Origin: Candidatus Undivivens industriae
Lineage (GTDB): Bacteria; Omnitrophota; Gorgyraeia; Gygaellales; Profunditerraquicolaceae
Assembly: GCA_012514745.1 (NCBI GenBank)
Contig: JAAYZR010000006.1
Location: 37,889 to 101,888, forward strand
DNA: 64,000 bases
Reading direction: 5' to 3'
In this document: positions 39,380 to 49,722 of the stretch, piece by piece
Numbering within the stretch: position 1 is the stretch's first letter
Layout: each line of letters begins with the position of its first letter
The notes under the pieces: model-generated
What the model was told of the DNA's origin: nothing
Databases searched by the model: none
Seen by the model: only the letters and a program-made list of their open reading frames with translations
Position numbers and translations under genes: made by a program

Positions 39380-39863
39380 CTTCGATGATCTCCGCTTTTG
39401 AACCGGCCTTCTCTATCTTTTCCACGGCCTGTTTTGAAAAAGCGTGCGCCCTGATGGTGACGGCCTTCTTCACGTCCCCCTCGGACAGGACCTTGACCGG
39501 GAACGCGACTTTCTTTATCAACCCCTTATCTGCCATTACCTCGGGAGTTATCGTTTTGTCGTCAAGCTTGAAAATCATTCCCAGGCTGACTATCTGCACT
39601 TTTGAAGGCCTGCGGCTGTTGAACCCGCGCTTGGGCATACGCCTGATCATCGGCGTCTGTCCGCCTTCGAAACCGGGATAGAAATCGCGCCCGGCCCGGG
39701 AGGTCTGCCCCTTGCTACCTCGGGTGGAAGTTTTTCCGTGCCCGGAACCCGACCCTCTGCCGAGCAGTTTCTTGGGTTTATGCGCGCCTTTCGGAACCGT
39801 CAGATTAGACAGTCCAAAGGCGGAACGCTTTTCCTGATTCGCCGCAATATTGGTAGTAGCCAT
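39372..39863 (-). CDS. rplO: 50S ribosomal protein L15
   Basis: GRGSGSGHGKTSTRGSKGQ, FEGGQTP, PKRGF. Confidence 0.97.
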   Translation of the reverse strand: MATTNIAANQEKRSAFGLSNLTVPKGAHKPKKLLGRGSGSGHGKTSTRGSKGQTSRAGRDFYPGFEGGQTPMIRRMPKRGFNSRRPSKVQIVSLGMIFKLDDKTITPEVMADKGLIKKVAFPVKVLSEGDVKKAVTIRAHAFSKQAVEKIEKAGSKAEIIEDV

Positions 39864-39864
39864 C

Positions 39865-40317
39865 TTATGCCTTTAGTTGTTTTAGCCCCGAGACGGTGGC
39901 TTTTATAACATTGACCGGATTGTTGCTTTTCAGAGATTTAGTAAGGATATCCTTTATTCCGGCGGACTCGCAGACCGCTCTGACCGGACCGGACGCGATT
40001 ACGCCGGTTCCCTCGGAAGCCGGTTTCATGAGAACCTTTGCCGCCCCGAACTCCCCGGTAACTTCATGCGTGATTGTACTGCCCGCCATGGGAACGCTCA
40101 CCAGCGACTTCTTGGCCTTGGCGAGGGCTTTGCGTATACTGTCTGCCACCTCATTAGCCTTGCCCATCGCAAAACCGACCTTGCCTTTGGTATCGCCTAC
40201 CACGACCAGGGCGCTGAAGGCCATCTTCTTGCCGCCTTTGGTGACCTTGGTTACCCGGTTTATGGTAATTACTTTTTCTACGAGTTCCGGCTGATTTTCA
40301 ATATTGAGTTCACGCAT
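39865..40317 (-). CDS. rpsE: 30S ribosomal protein S5
   Basis: [28 protein letters not shown]. Confidence 0.97.
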   Translation of the reverse strand: MRELNIENQPELVEKVITINRVTKVTKGGKKMAFSALVVVGDTKGKVGFAMGKANEVADSIRKALAKAKKSLVSVPMAGSTITHEVTGEFGAAKVLMKPASEGTGVIASGPVRAVCESAGIKDILTKSLKSNNPVNVIKATVSGLKQLKA

Positions 40318-40680
40318 TTAGAATTCCAATCCCCCTTTTCTCAGGCTCTCTGCGAAAGCCTTGACGCGGCCGTGATAAAGATAACCGGCGCGGTCGAACA
40401 CTATGCTGGAAATACCCTTACTTTTCGCGCGCGCGGCGAACGCCTCGCCGAGCTGCGCCGCGGCCTTGATATTTCCGGCCTGGGACAGCTGGGCCTTAAG
40501 CTGTTTGTCGAGCGTCGAAAGCGAGAAGACTGTCCGTTTGGCGGTGTCGTCGACGGCCTGGGCCGAAAAATTATTCAAACTGCGGTGCACGACGACACGC
40601 GGTTTATCGGCGGTACCGGTTATTTTGACTGTGATAGACTTGTGCCTCTTTATCCTGCGCAGTTCGTTCTTGTTTTTCAT
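40318..40680 (-). CDS. rplR: 50S ribosomal protein L18
   Basis: VFDRAGYLYHGRVKAFA. Confidence 0.97.
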   Translation of the reverse strand: MKNKNELRRIKRHKSITVKITGTADKPRVVVHRSLNNFSAQAVDDTAKRTVFSLSTLDKQLKAQLSQAGNIKAAAQLGEAFAARAKSKGISSIVFDRAGYLYHGRVKAFAESLRKGGLEF

Positions 40681-40698
40681 TTTACAGAAAGACTCCCG

Positions 40699-41244
40699 TT
40701 ATTTACTGCCCGCCTGGGCTTTTCCCATCTTCTTTTTCACGTGTTCGCCGACGTAACGGATGCCTTTGCCTTTATACGGCTCCGGCGGGTATATCGCCCT
40801 GATCTCCGAAGAAATCTTTCCGACCTTCTCTTTGTCTATCCCCTTCACCACCAGGATGGTGGGCTTCGGAGTTTCAATCTTTATGCCTTCCGGAATGGCG
40901 ACGCTGACCGGATGAGAGAAGCCCAGATTCATATTCAGCGTGCTTCCCTGCACCTGCGCCTTGAACCCCACGCCGATGATCTCCATTTCCTTGGAATAAC
41001 CTTCCGTCACGCCTTTTATGTTGTTGACCAGCAAAGCCCGGTAAAGGCCGTGCAAAGACCTTTCCGGTTTGGTATCATTCTGCCTCTTGACGAGCAGTTG
41101 TTCCTCCTTCTGCTCGACCGTTATGGTCCCGCACAGCTTCAACTCCAGGCTGCCTTTGGGCCCGGTGACCTTGACGGAACGGTCCTTGATCTCGACCTTC
41201 ACATCCTTGGGTACGGCTATCGCTTTTCTTCCTATTCTCGACAT
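40699..41244 (-). CDS. rplF: 50S ribosomal protein L6
   Basis: MSRIGRK, LGFSHP, PPEPYKGKGIRY. Confidence 0.98.
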   Translation of the reverse strand: MSRIGRKAIAVPKDVKVEIKDRSVKVTGPKGSLELKLCGTITVEQKEEQLLVKRQNDTKPERSLHGLYRALLVNNIKGVTEGYSKEMEIIGVGFKAQVQGSTLNMNLGFSHPVSVAIPEGIKIETPKPTILVVKGIDKEKVGKISSEIRAIYPPEPYKGKGIRYVGEHVKKKMGKAQAGSK

Positions 41245-41286
41245 GTTATATTCCGTGGTTTTCCGGTTATGCTGCGGTTGACTGAA

Positions 41287-41682
41287 TTACCAAATATATC
41301 CTACTACTTCTCCGCCTATCCCCTTCTCCCGGGCCTGGTTGTTCGTCATCAACCCCTTGGAAGTGGAAATGATTGCTATGCCCTTGCCCCTCAAAACCTG
41401 GGGAATGTCCTTCGTCCCGACGTAAGTTTTCTTGCCGGGAGTGGAAATGCGGGAAATGTTCTTTATCGCCGGTAGGCCGTGCTCGTATTTCAGATAAACG
41501 CGCAGGACTCCCTGCTTGTTGTCCTCGATCACCTTGAACTCTTCAATATACTGTTCCGCCTTGAGTATCTCAAATATACTTTTCAGCATATTGGAAGCGG
41601 GGACATCCACCTTATCCTTACCTGTCATTAACGCGTTACGCACTATCGTAAACGCATCGGCTATCAAATCGGTTCTCGACAT
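41287..41682 (-). CDS. rpsH: 30S ribosomal protein S8
   Basis: DLIAD, ISTPG, IISTSKG, GGEVVGYIW. Confidence 0.97.
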   Translation of the reverse strand: MSRTDLIADAFTIVRNALMTGKDKVDVPASNMLKSIFEILKAEQYIEEFKVIEDNKQGVLRVYLKYEHGLPAIKNISRISTPGKKTYVGTKDIPQVLRGKGIAIISTSKGLMTNNQAREKGIGGEVVGYIW

Positions 41683-41711
41683 TTTCTCTCCTTAAATTGC
41701 CAAACCAAGCC

Positions 41712-41897
41712 TCACCAGCTGGCTTTTTTTACTCCGGGAATCAATCCGCGCCAGGCAAGCTCCCTGAAACAGATGCGGCAGAGCTCGAACCGCTTAAGGA
41801 ACCCTCCGGACCTGCCGCAAATATTGCAGCGGTTATATTTTCTCGAGGAAAACTTCGGGGTGCGTTTCCATCTGGCTATCTGTGAATTTTTCGCCAT
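41712..41897 (-). CDS. rpsN: 30S ribosomal protein S14 (zinc-binding type Z)
   Basis: [24 protein letters not shown]. Confidence 0.97.
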   Translation of the reverse strand: MAKNSQIARWKRTPKFSSRKYNRCNICGRSGGFLKRFELCRICFRELAWRGLIPGVKKASW

Positions 41898-41903
41898 TTG
41901 CTC

Positions 41904-42467
41904 CTATGCTCCTTCTTTGGTCGACGTCTTGAACGGCATCCCGAAGAATTTAAGCAGCGCTTTCGACTGCTCGCGGGAAGCCGAACCTTTTATCACGAAA
42001 GTTATGTCCATCCCCTGGGCCCTGGTGATCCTGTCCGCATCAATCTCGGGGAAAATGTTCTGCTCGGTGAGCCCGAGGGTATAATTACCCGCCGTGTCGA
42101 AAGAAGTATCCCGGACACCGCGGAAATCCCGGATACGCGGCATGGCTATGTTTATCAGCCTGTCCAGGAACTCGTACATTTTATGCTTGCGCAAAGTCAC
42201 CACGCAGCCGACCGGCTGTTTCTGCCTGACCTTAAAATTGGAAATGGCCTTTTTGGCCCTGCGCATGACCGGTCTCTGGCCGGTTATGACCGCCATTTCA
42301 TCCATAGCCTTCTCCAGTATTTTCACATCCTGCGTCGCCTCCCCCACTCCCATATTCACCACGATCTTTTCCAGACGCGGCACGGCGTTCGGGTTTTTAA
42401 GCGAAAACTGCTTCATCATTTCCGGGACGATAGACTTCCTGTATTCCTCAAGCATGCGTGGTATCAT
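41904..42467 (-). CDS. rplE: 50S ribosomal protein L5
   Basis: KIVVNMGVGE, PRIRDFRG, GMDITFV. Confidence 0.98.
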   Translation of the reverse strand: MIPRMLEEYRKSIVPEMMKQFSLKNPNAVPRLEKIVVNMGVGEATQDVKILEKAMDEMAVITGQRPVMRRAKKAISNFKVRQKQPVGCVVTLRKHKMYEFLDRLINIAMPRIRDFRGVRDTSFDTAGNYTLGLTEQNIFPEIDADRITRAQGMDITFVIKGSASREQSKALLKFFGMPFKTSTKEGA

Positions 42468-42468
42468 A

Positions 42469-42780
42469 TTATATGGCCTCTTTACAGCGTTTACAGATCC
42501 TTGTTTTGCTGCCGTCCTTCAAGACGCTGAATCCCACCTTAACCGGGCGGTTGCAGTTTTTGCAGACTACGAGCACGTTGGCGCAGGACATGGGTTTCTC
42601 GACCTCGATTATTCCGCCCTTCTGGTCCTGTTTAGTCTGGCGCATATGTTTCTTTTTTTTGTTGACCCCCTCCACGACGACCTGCGCGCTCTCGGCAAGG
42701 TATTCGAGAACCTTCCCCCTCTTTCCCCTGTCTTTGCCCTTCATAACTGCCACATCATCGTTTTTCTTTATTTTATACAT
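42469..42780 (-). CDS. rplX: 50S ribosomal protein L24
   Basis: KOW motif GKDRGKRGKV, VEGVN. Confidence 0.96.
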   Translation of the reverse strand: MYKIKKNDDVAVMKGKDRGKRGKVLEYLAESAQVVVEGVNKKKKHMRQTKQDQKGGIIEVEKPMSCANVLVVCKNCNRPVKVGFSVLKDGSKTRICKRCKEAI

Positions 42781-42782
42781 GG

Positions 42783-43151
42783 TCAGATTACCTCTGGCGC
42801 GAGCGAGATTATTTTTGTGAAATTCCTGTCCCTGAGCTCCCTGGCCACCGGTCCGAAAACGCGCGTGCCGCGGGGATTAGACGCCGCGTCTATAAAAACT
42901 ATGGCGTTGCGGTCGAAACGCAGGATGGAGCCGTTCTCGCGCCTGATCGCTTTCTTCGTCCTCACCACTACCGCTTTCGCCACTTCGCCTTTTTTGATGA
43001 CCGCGTTAGGCGCAGATTCCTTGACGTTGACGTTTATGGTGTCTCCCACCTCGGCGGACGGCTTACCCTTGCGTCCGAGAACGCCGATCATAGAAGCCTT
43101 CTTGGCGCCGGTATTGTCGGCTACGTCAAGAATCGATCTTATCTGTATCAT
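42783..43151 (-). CDS. rplN: 50S ribosomal protein L14
   Basis: [29 protein letters not shown]. Confidence 0.98.
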   Translation of the reverse strand: MIQIRSILDVADNTGAKKASMIGVLGRKGKPSAEVGDTINVNVKESAPNAVIKKGEVAKAVVVRTKKAIRRENGSILRFDRNAIVFIDAASNPRGTRVFGPVARELRDRNFTKIISLAPEVI

Positions 43152-43431
43152 TTCTCTTTTCCTTTTTTACGGTTTCGCCATGAAACCGGCACTTCTGAAG
43201 CACGGCCACGACTCTGAAATGCTTGTCCTTTGATAAAGGCCTGGTCTCCGCGATGCTTACGGTATCTCCCGTCTTCGCGGAATTGTTATCGTCGTGAGCC
43301 TTGTATTTCTTGTAAGTCTTGATTATGCGGTTGTATTTCTTGTGCTTGTATGTCCTCAGCACCTTAACGACAACCGTCTTCTGCATCTTGTCGCTTACGA
43401 TTACACCGGTCAGTTCTTTTCCTTTACCCAT
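43126..43431 (-). CDS. rpsQ: 30S ribosomal protein S17
   Basis: [20 protein letters not shown]; start MGKGK at 43431. Confidence 0.96.
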   Translation of the reverse strand: MGKGKELTGVIVSDKMQKTVVVKVLRTYKHKKYNRIIKTYKKYKAHDDNNSAKTGDTVSIAETRPLSKDKHFRVVAVLQKCRFHGETVKKEKRNDTDKIDS

Positions 43432-43624
43432 TTTTTTTCTCTTCCTTCTCCCGGCAGACAGTCCGGATAAGAGCCAACTCATACCTTATGGCGGAGAACA
43501 TATGGGGTTTCTCCACCCTGCCTCCGTAACGCTGCTGGTTCAGCTTGAAAAGCTCTTCCTTAAGGGTTTTCTCCCTCTGTGACAGGTCCTGCGACGTTAA
43601 ATTACGAAGCTCTTTTATCTTCAT
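43424..43624 (-). CDS. rpmC: 50S ribosomal protein L29
   Basis: MKIKELR...EELFKL; position in S10 operon. Confidence 0.92.
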   Translation of the reverse strand: MKIKELRNLTSQDLSQREKTLKEELFKLNQQRYGGRVEKPHMFSAIRYELALIRTVCREKEEKKNG

Positions 43625-43640
43625 GACCGCGCTTTCTTCT

Positions 43641-43724
43641 AATGAAGCTCCCCGGGCCGATACTTTGGTAAGCCTGTCGGACCGTTCAGGACAGGCTCCC
43701 GTGTTCCTTTATCGGACAGCCCCG
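43641..43724. mobile_element. Small palindromic insertion between rplP and rpmC (ATGAAGCTC family)
   Basis: Begins aatgaagctccccggg; stems ccgata/tatcgg and agcctgtc/gacaggct; these genes normally abut. Confidence 0.45.
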
Positions 43725-43730
43725 TATTGA

Positions 43731-44144
43731 TTAGTGCGTCCTGGTGACGAATTTTGTCTTTACGGGCAGCTTGTAGGCCGCCAGGCGGAAACACTGCCGT
43801 GCGTACTCTTCGGGAACACCGCCGAGCTCAAAGAGGATCTTTCCCCTCTTAACCAGGCACATCCAATGGTCGATATCGCCCTTGCCTTTTCCCATGCGGA
43901 TCTCGGCCGGTTTCTTGGTGACGGACTGGTCGGTAAAAACCCTAATCCACAATTTGCCGCCTTTATTCAATTTACGCGCCAGCAGGACTCGCACGGATTC
44001 TATCTGCGTGTTCTTTACCGTGCCGTTATCAAGACTCTTCAAGCCGTATTCTCCGAAAGCAAGGCTTGAGCCCCGGACGGCAATACCTCTGCGGTTACCG
44101 CACTGCAAATTCCGATATTTGACCCTCTTTGGCATCATTACCAT
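43731..44144 (-). CDS. rplP: 50S ribosomal protein L16
   Basis: MPKRVKYR, FGEYGL, RMGKGKG, YKLP. Confidence 0.97.
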   Translation of the reverse strand: MVMMPKRVKYRNLQCGNRRGIAVRGSSLAFGEYGLKSLDNGTVKNTQIESVRVLLARKLNKGGKLWIRVFTDQSVTKKPAEIRMGKGKGDIDHWMCLVKRGKILFELGGVPEEYARQCFRLAAYKLPVKTKFVTRTH

Positions 44145-44165
44145 GTCTATATACCCCTGACGGCC

Positions 44166-44921
44166 TTAAGCCTGCTGCTGTTGCGCATCGGCCCTGGGCG
44201 CCGCTTGCTGATGCGGTGCTGACGGCGCGCTTTTCTGTTCGTTTTCTTTGTCCTTGGAAGAATGCGTGCCGCGTTTAGGCAGCAGCGTAGATATATCCAG
44301 TATCTCTCCCTTATATATCCAAACCTTCACTCCTATCAGCCCGTAAGTGGTCAACGCCTCGGCAAAACCGTAATCTATGTCCGCCCGCATGGTCTGCAGC
44401 GGGATCTTGCCCTGTTTATAGCTTTCGGTCCTGGCGATCTCCGCCCCGTTAAGGCGGCCGGAACAAATAACCCTGATACCCTTGGCCCCCGCGGACATGG
44501 AGTTCTCTATCGATCTCTTGACCGCCCTGCGAAAGGCTATTCGTTTCTCCAGCTGCTGGGCGATGTTTTGCGCGACAAGCTGGGAGTCTAAAGCGGGATT
44601 CTGCACTTCCTCTATATCTATGGATATCTCCTTCTTCAGGATCCCGTTTACGTCCTGGCGCAGTTTCTCTATGTCGGCCCCGTGTCTGCCGATAATGATG
44701 CCCGGCCTGGCGGAATAAATGCGGATCTTGGTCTTTTCGGTAAGCCTCTCTATGATCACCCGCGATATGGCGGCGTGCTTGAATTTCTCCAGTATGTACT
44801 TGCGCACCCGGAAATCGTCGGCGATAAAACGCGCGTAATCTCTAGGTTTAGCGAACCATCTGCTCTGCCATGTCTTTATGTAACCGATTCGTAAAAGTGT
44901 CGGATGAACCTTCTGTCCCAT
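44166..44921 (-). CDS. rpsC: 30S ribosomal protein S3
   Basis: [32 protein letters not shown]; low-complexity tail. Confidence 0.98.
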   Translation of the reverse strand: MGQKVHPTLLRIGYIKTWQSRWFAKPRDYARFIADDFRVRKYILEKFKHAAISRVIIERLTEKTKIRIYSARPGIIIGRHGADIEKLRQDVNGILKKEISIDIEEVQNPALDSQLVAQNIAQQLEKRIAFRRAVKRSIENSMSAGAKGIRVICSGRLNGAEIARTESYKQGKIPLQTMRADIDYGFAEALTTYGLIGVKVWIYKGEILDISTLLPKRGTHSSKDKENEQKSAPSAPHQQAAPRADAQQQQA

Positions 44922-44925
44922 AAAA

Positions 44926-45264
44926 TTATTCTCCCGGTTTCAAATCAAGCTCTATGCGTATGTGCGAAGTCCTCTTAAGGATGGGTTCGGCCCTTCCGAA
45001 CGCCGCCGCCTTGAACCTCTTCCACATCGGCCCGCAGTTACACTCGGCGCCGGAGACGTACAGTTGGGAAGCGTTGAACCCCTTAATCTTGGCATTGGCT
45101 ACCGCAGACCTGAGTATTTTTATAAGATATTCGTTGGCTCTTTTGTTCACCGTCAAAAGAATGCTCTCCGCCTCAAATACGCTCCTGAACTTGATCAGCG
45201 CCAGCGTCTGCCTCACTTTGCGCGGGGTGAGCCTTAAGTATCTTCCTTCTGCCTTCGCTATCAT
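44926..45264 (-). CDS. rplV: 50S ribosomal protein L22
   Basis: [18 protein letters not shown]. Confidence 0.96.
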   Translation of the reverse strand: MIAKAEGRYLRLTPRKVRQTLALIKFRSVFEAESILLTVNKRANEYLIKILRSAVANAKIKGFNASQLYVSGAECNCGPMWKRFKAAAFGRAEPILKRTSHIRIELDLKPGE

Positions 45265-45321
45265 CTTTATTCTGTCCTTCCTGATGCCTCTATCTATAAA
45301 TACGGAACTGCTGCTGCGGCC

Positions 45322-45609
45322 TTAGGTCTTTTCCACCGCTTTTTTGGCCTTTACGCCGCCGTGCTTCTTGAAGGTCCGGCTCGGCGCGAACTCGCCCATT
45401 TTATGCCCGACCATATTCTCGGTGACGAACACCGGAATGTGCCTGTGCCCGTCGTAAACGGCGAACGTGAAGCCGACGAATTCCGGCAAAACCGTGGATT
45501 TGCGGGACCAGGTCTTGATAGCCTGCCTCTGTCCGGCGCGCCTGGCTCTGTCGACTTTTTTGACCAGACTTTCCTCTACATACGGACCCTTCTTAAGCGA
45601 ACGCGGCAT
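45322..45609 (-). CDS. rpsS: 30S ribosomal protein S19
   Basis: [23 protein letters not shown]. Confidence 0.98.
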   Translation of the reverse strand: MPRSLKKGPYVEESLVKKVDRARRAGQRQAIKTWSRKSTVLPEFVGFTFAVYDGHRHIPVFVTENMVGHKMGEFAPSRTFKKHGGVKAKKAVEKT

Positions 45610-45611
45610 TT

Positions 45612-46445
45612 TTATTTCCTTCTCTTAACGATGAATTTATTGGAATATCTTCCCGGTTTTCTGGTTTTGTACCCCTTGGTCGGTTTTCCCCAGGGAGTCA
45701 CCGGATGAGGATTTCCCTGTCCGGATTTTCCTTCGCCGCCGCCGTGCGGATGGTCGTGCGGATTCATCACCACGCCCCTGACCGTGGGCTTTACGCCCAT
45801 CCATCTCGTGCGGCCGGCCTTGCCGATAACTACGGTATCATGCTCCACGTTGCTCAACTGACCGACGGAGGCGCGGCATTCCATGCTGAACATGCGGATC
45901 TCGCCGGACGGCATCTTGATCAGGACCGAATCGCCTTCTTTGGCGGTTATCTGCGCGCAGGTCCCGGCGCTGCGGACGATTTGCCCGCCTTTGCCCCTGC
46001 TCAATTCTATATTGTGGATCATGGTCCCCGAAGGTATATCCTTGAGGCGCAGGCAATTCCCCGGTTTGGCCTCGGCCGCCGTTTCCCCTGCCGATATCAC
46101 GGTATCGCCCTTCTGCAATCCCAGGGGAGCGAGGATATAGCGCTTACTCTTGTCGGGATACTCGACCAGCGCAAGCCTGGCGGTGCGGTTGGGATCATAC
46201 TCTATTCCCAGCACTGTGGCCGGGACGTCAAGGATGTCCCTTTTGAAATCCACCTGACGGTACATCCTTTTATGCCCGCCGCCCACATGCCTGACCGTCA
46301 CCCTGCCGGAGTTGTTGCGGCCGCCGCTTTTTTTCAAGGGGAATAAAAGAGACCTCTGCGGACCTTCCCGGGATATATCGCTGAAATCGTGCCCGGTCAT
46401 CCATCTGCGCGAAGGTGTCGTCGGTTTATATATTTTAGTGCCCAT
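45612..46445 (-). CDS. rplB: 50S ribosomal protein L2
   Basis: [27 protein letters not shown]. Confidence 0.98.
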   Translation of the reverse strand: MGTKIYKPTTPSRRWMTGHDFSDISREGPQRSLLFPLKKSGGRNNSGRVTVRHVGGGHKRMYRQVDFKRDILDVPATVLGIEYDPNRTARLALVEYPDKSKRYILAPLGLQKGDTVISAGETAAEAKPGNCLRLKDIPSGTMIHNIELSRGKGGQIVRSAGTCAQITAKEGDSVLIKMPSGEIRMFSMECRASVGQLSNVEHDTVVIGKAGRTRWMGVKPTVRGVVMNPHDHPHGGGEGKSGQGNPHPVTPWGKPTKGYKTRKPGRYSNKFIVKRRK

Positions 46446-46477
46446 TCATCTTCCTCGTATTATGATTCTCTGCCGTA

Positions 46478-46753
46478 TCAAACAGCTTCCAGTTTCTGTC
46501 CCTGTTTTAAAGTGACTACCGCTTTCTTGGTGTCGGAAGTCCGGCCTTCCTGGCGCCGCACCCTTTTGATCTTTCCCTTGTAAACGAAAGTGTTGACGCC
46601 GGCGACCTTGACTTTATAGATCTCCTCCACCGCCCGCTTGACCTGAAGTTTATTGGCGTTTATATCCACCAATAACAAATATTTATTCTGCGGCCCCAAA
46701 CGCGTTGACTTCTCTGTGCCGAGTATGGATTTTACGACTTGATGTGAGATCAT
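46478..46753 (-). CDS. rplW: 50S ribosomal protein L23
   Basis: TEKS, ANKLQVKRAVE, KKAVVTL. Confidence 0.95.
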   Translation of the reverse strand: MISHQVVKSILGTEKSTRLGPQNKYLLLVDINANKLQVKRAVEEIYKVKVAGVNTFVYKGKIKRVRRQEGRTSDTKKAVVTLKQGQKLEAV

Positions 46754-47397
46754 TTGTTGAACCTCTCAAGCAATAAGGTTAAAGCTACTCTGGTGCAGAC
46801 TATCGTCTTGTGCGACAAAAGCTCGTAAGCATTGGTGTCGCCGGCCCTGGAGACCCGCAGGCCCGCTATGTTGCCCGCGGCCCTGGCCATGTTGCCGTCC
46901 ACTTTATCCACCAGAAGAAGGCATCGGTTATCCGGGGTTTTCCGGGACTGTTTCATCCCGAGCGCGGAAAGGATGGAAACCACCTCTCTGGTCTTGCCGG
47001 CCGGGGCCTTTATATCATCAAGCACTTTCACGGCGTTCTCCGAGACTTTGACGGAAAAAGCCTCTTTCAAGGCGCCGCGCTTGATCTTTGCAGGCAGAGA
47101 ATACGAAAAATCCCTGGGATGCGGACCGAAAACCACGCCGCCGTGGTACCATAAAGGATTACGGCTGGAACCGACCCTGGCGCGCCCGGTGCCTTTCTGT
47201 TTCCACGGTTTGCGTCCGCCGCCGGAAACCTCGCCGCGGGTCTTCGTGGAAGCTAGCCCCTTGCGCTGCCCTGCGCGCAGGTTGACGATGGCTTGATAAA
47301 TCAAAGAAGTATTTATTTTATCACTGATTACCTCTTTGTCAAGCTTTATGCTGTCTACTTCTTTGCCTTTTGCGTCTAAAACCGGTAATGTTATCAT
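46750..47397 (-). CDS. rplD: 50S ribosomal protein L4
   Basis: TKTRGEVSGGGRKPWKQKGTGRAR, FGPHPRD. Confidence 0.98.
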   Translation of the reverse strand: MITLPVLDAKGKEVDSIKLDKEVISDKINTSLIYQAIVNLRAGQRKGLASTKTRGEVSGGGRKPWKQKGTGRARVGSSRNPLWYHGGVVFGPHPRDFSYSLPAKIKRGALKEAFSVKVSENAVKVLDDIKAPAGKTREVVSILSALGMKQSRKTPDNRCLLLVDKVDGNMARAAGNIAGLRVSRAGDTNAYELLSHKTIVCTRVALTLLLERFNK

Positions 47398-47427
47398 TTT
47401 CTCGACGGAATAATGCTTCTTGTTGTT

Positions 47428-48051
47428 TTAGCTTTTCTTAGCCTTCTTCTTTTTTGCGCTGCGTATAAGCACCAGCCCGTTCTTGGGCCCGGGAACGGCG
47501 CCTGTGACGAGGATGAGATTACTTTCCGCGTCGATTGCCGCCACCTTCAGGTTCTGCACGGTAACACGCTCGTTGCCCATGTGCCCGGGAAGATGATGCC
47601 CCTTAAAAACTCTGCCGGGAGTGGTGGAAGAGCCGATCGAACCGACGCGCCTTCGGGAAGTCGAGCCGCGTGTCATCGGGCCGCCCTTCCAATGCCATCT
47701 TTTCATACCGCCCTGGAACCCTTTACCGATACTGACTCCGGTAACGTCCACGAAATCGCCTTCCTTGAAACAATCCGCCTTGATCCGGTCTCCGGCCTTG
47801 AATTCAATCCCTGCGTCGCGCGGTATCTCCCTGATATATCTATGCGCCTCAATTCCGGCCTTTTTGAAAACCCCGAGCAAAGGTTTGTTGCTCTTGGATT
47901 CCTTGCATTTCTCGAAAGCCACCTGAAGACTCTTATCTTTAACGCAGAGCACCGGACAAGGACCGGCCTCGACTGCTGTGACCGTGATCCTCACGCCGTC
48001 GGCGTTGAATATCTGAGTCATCCCTATTTTTCTGCCTAATATTCCACCCAT
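47428..48051 (-). CDS. rplC: 50S ribosomal protein L3
   Basis: GRKIGMTQ, SIGKGFQG, PGRVFKG, GAVPGP. Confidence 0.98.
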   Translation of the reverse strand: MGGILGRKIGMTQIFNADGVRITVTAVEAGPCPVLCVKDKSLQVAFEKCKESKSNKPLLGVFKKAGIEAHRYIREIPRDAGIEFKAGDRIKADCFKEGDFVDVTGVSIGKGFQGGMKRWHWKGGPMTRGSTSRRRVGSIGSSTTPGRVFKGHHLPGHMGNERVTVQNLKVAAIDAESNLILVTGAVPGPKNGLVLIRSAKKKKAKKS

Positions 48052-48116
48052 CTTGACAAATCCCTTTTATTGTATAAAGCGGCGCCTCTTGCGCTGGAAC
48101 AAGCGTGACGCGGCCG

Positions 48117-48419
48117 TTACTTTATCTCTACGTCGACGCCAGCCGGTAAATTCAGTTTTCTCAGAGAATCTATGGTCTTGGATGTCGGCTCGTAAATATC
48201 TATGAGCCGTTTGTGGGTAAAGAGGCCGAACTGCTCCCTGGCTTTTTTATCTATGACGGGAGAACAAAGGACGGTGTAAATTTCCCTCTTGGTAGGCAGC
48301 GGGACGGGACCGGAAATCTTCGCTCCCGTGCGCCTGACCGTATCCACTATCTCTTCGACTGTCTGATCCAGTAAGCGGTGGTCGTATGCTTTAAGTTTTA
48401 TGCGTATTTTCTGATTCAT
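48117..48419 (-). CDS. rpsJ: 30S ribosomal protein S10
   Basis: [25 protein letters not shown]. Confidence 0.98.
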   Translation of the reverse strand: MNQKIRIKLKAYDHRLLDQTVEEIVDTVRRTGAKISGPVPLPTKREIYTVLCSPVIDKKAREQFGLFTHKRLIDIYEPTSKTIDSLRKLNLPAGVDVEIK

Positions 48420-48445
48420 CGATTGTTCCGTTCAGTCTCCGTTCC

Positions 48446-48476
48446 TCCGCGGCCGGCCTTAAGGACCGGCCGCGGA
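48446..48476. other. Strong GC hairpin between tuf and rpsJ (pause/stabiliser/attenuator)
   Basis: tccgcggccgg-ccttaagga-ccggccgcgga, 11-bp perfect stem, no U-tract. Confidence 0.5.
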
Positions 48477-48498
48477 AGCCGAAGATCATTCTTCCGTA

Positions 48499-49701
48499 TT
48501 AAGCGATTATCTCGGTGACTACTCCTGCGCCGACGGTATGGCCGCCTTCGCGTATAGCGAAACGAGACTCTTTTTCCATGGCGATAGGAATTATCAGCTC
48601 CACTTCAAATTGCACGTTGTCCCCCGGCATTACCATTTCAACTCCCTGCGGAAGCTTGGACGAGCCGGTAACGTCGGTCGTGCGGAAATAGAACTGCGGC
48701 CTGTACCCGGAGAAGAACGGGGTGTGTCTGCCGCCCTCTTCCTTGGTCAGGATGTAAACCTGCGCCTTGAACTTGGTGTGCGGTGTGATCGACTTCGGCG
48801 CGGCGATTACCATCCCGCGTTCGATGTCTTTCTTGTCCACGCCTCTAAGCAGAAGCCCGACGTTGTCTCCGGCCTGCCCTTCGTCCAGGGTCTTCCTGAA
48901 CATCTCTATTCCGGTGACGACGCTCTTCTTGACGTCCGGACGCAGCCCGATTATCTCGACCTCGTCGTTAACCTTGACCTTGCCGCGCTCGATCCTTCCG
49001 GTACCGACGGTTCCGCGGCCCTCGATCGTGAACACATCTTCCACTGCCATCAGCATCGGCTTATCCAGTTCGCGGGTCGGCAGCGGGATGAACTCGTCTG
49101 CCGCCTTAACCAGCTCCAGAATAGGCGCCGCTTCGGGGCTGTTGGCATCGCTGCACTGCATCGCTTTCAGGGCGCTCCCCTTGATGATCGGGGTTTTGTC
49201 GCCCGGATAGCCATACTTGGTGAGCAGATCCCTGATCTCCATCTCCACCAGGTCGAGCAGTTCCTTGTCGGTTACGATATCGACCTTGTTCAGGAAGACT
49301 ACCATCGCCGGAACGTTGACCTGTCTGGCCAGGAGGATATGCTCTCTGGTTTGGGGCATCGGGCCGTCGGCGGCTGAGACCACCAGTATGGCGCCGTCCA
49401 TCTGAGCTGCGCCGGTGATCATGTTCTTGATGTAATCCGCGTGCCCCGGGCAGTCGATATGCGCGTAATGCCTGTTGTCGGTCTCGTATTCCACGTGGGC
49501 GACCGAAATCGTGACAACCTTGGTATCGTCCCTTACCGTGCCGCCCTTGGCGATATCGGCATATTCCCTTGCCTGCGCTTTTCCCATTTTCGAAAGAACA
49601 TGGGTAATGGCTGCCGTCAGGGTGGTCTTGCCGTGATCGATGTGGCCGATTGTACCTATGTTCGCGTGCGGTTTACTTCTCACAAACTTCTCTTTAGCCA
49701 T
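48499..49701 (-). CDS. tuf: Elongation factor Tu
   Basis: [35 protein letters not shown]. Confidence 0.98.
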   Translation of the reverse strand: MAKEKFVRSKPHANIGTIGHIDHGKTTLTAAITHVLSKMGKAQAREYADIAKGGTVRDDTKVVTISVAHVEYETDNRHYAHIDCPGHADYIKNMITGAAQMDGAILVVSAADGPMPQTREHILLARQVNVPAMVVFLNKVDIVTDKELLDLVEMEIRDLLTKYGYPGDKTPIIKGSALKAMQCSDANSPEAAPILELVKAADEFIPLPTRELDKPMLMAVEDVFTIEGRGTVGTGRIERGKVKVNDEVEIIGLRPDVKKSVVTGIEMFRKTLDEGQAGDNVGLLLRGVDKKDIERGMVIAAPKSITPHTKFKAQVYILTKEEGGRHTPFFSGYRPQFYFRTTDVTGSSKLPQGVEMVMPGDNVQFEVELIIPIAMEKESRFAIREGGHTVGAGVVTEIIA

Positions 49702-49722
49702 TACGTCACCTCCTAAGTTTAA

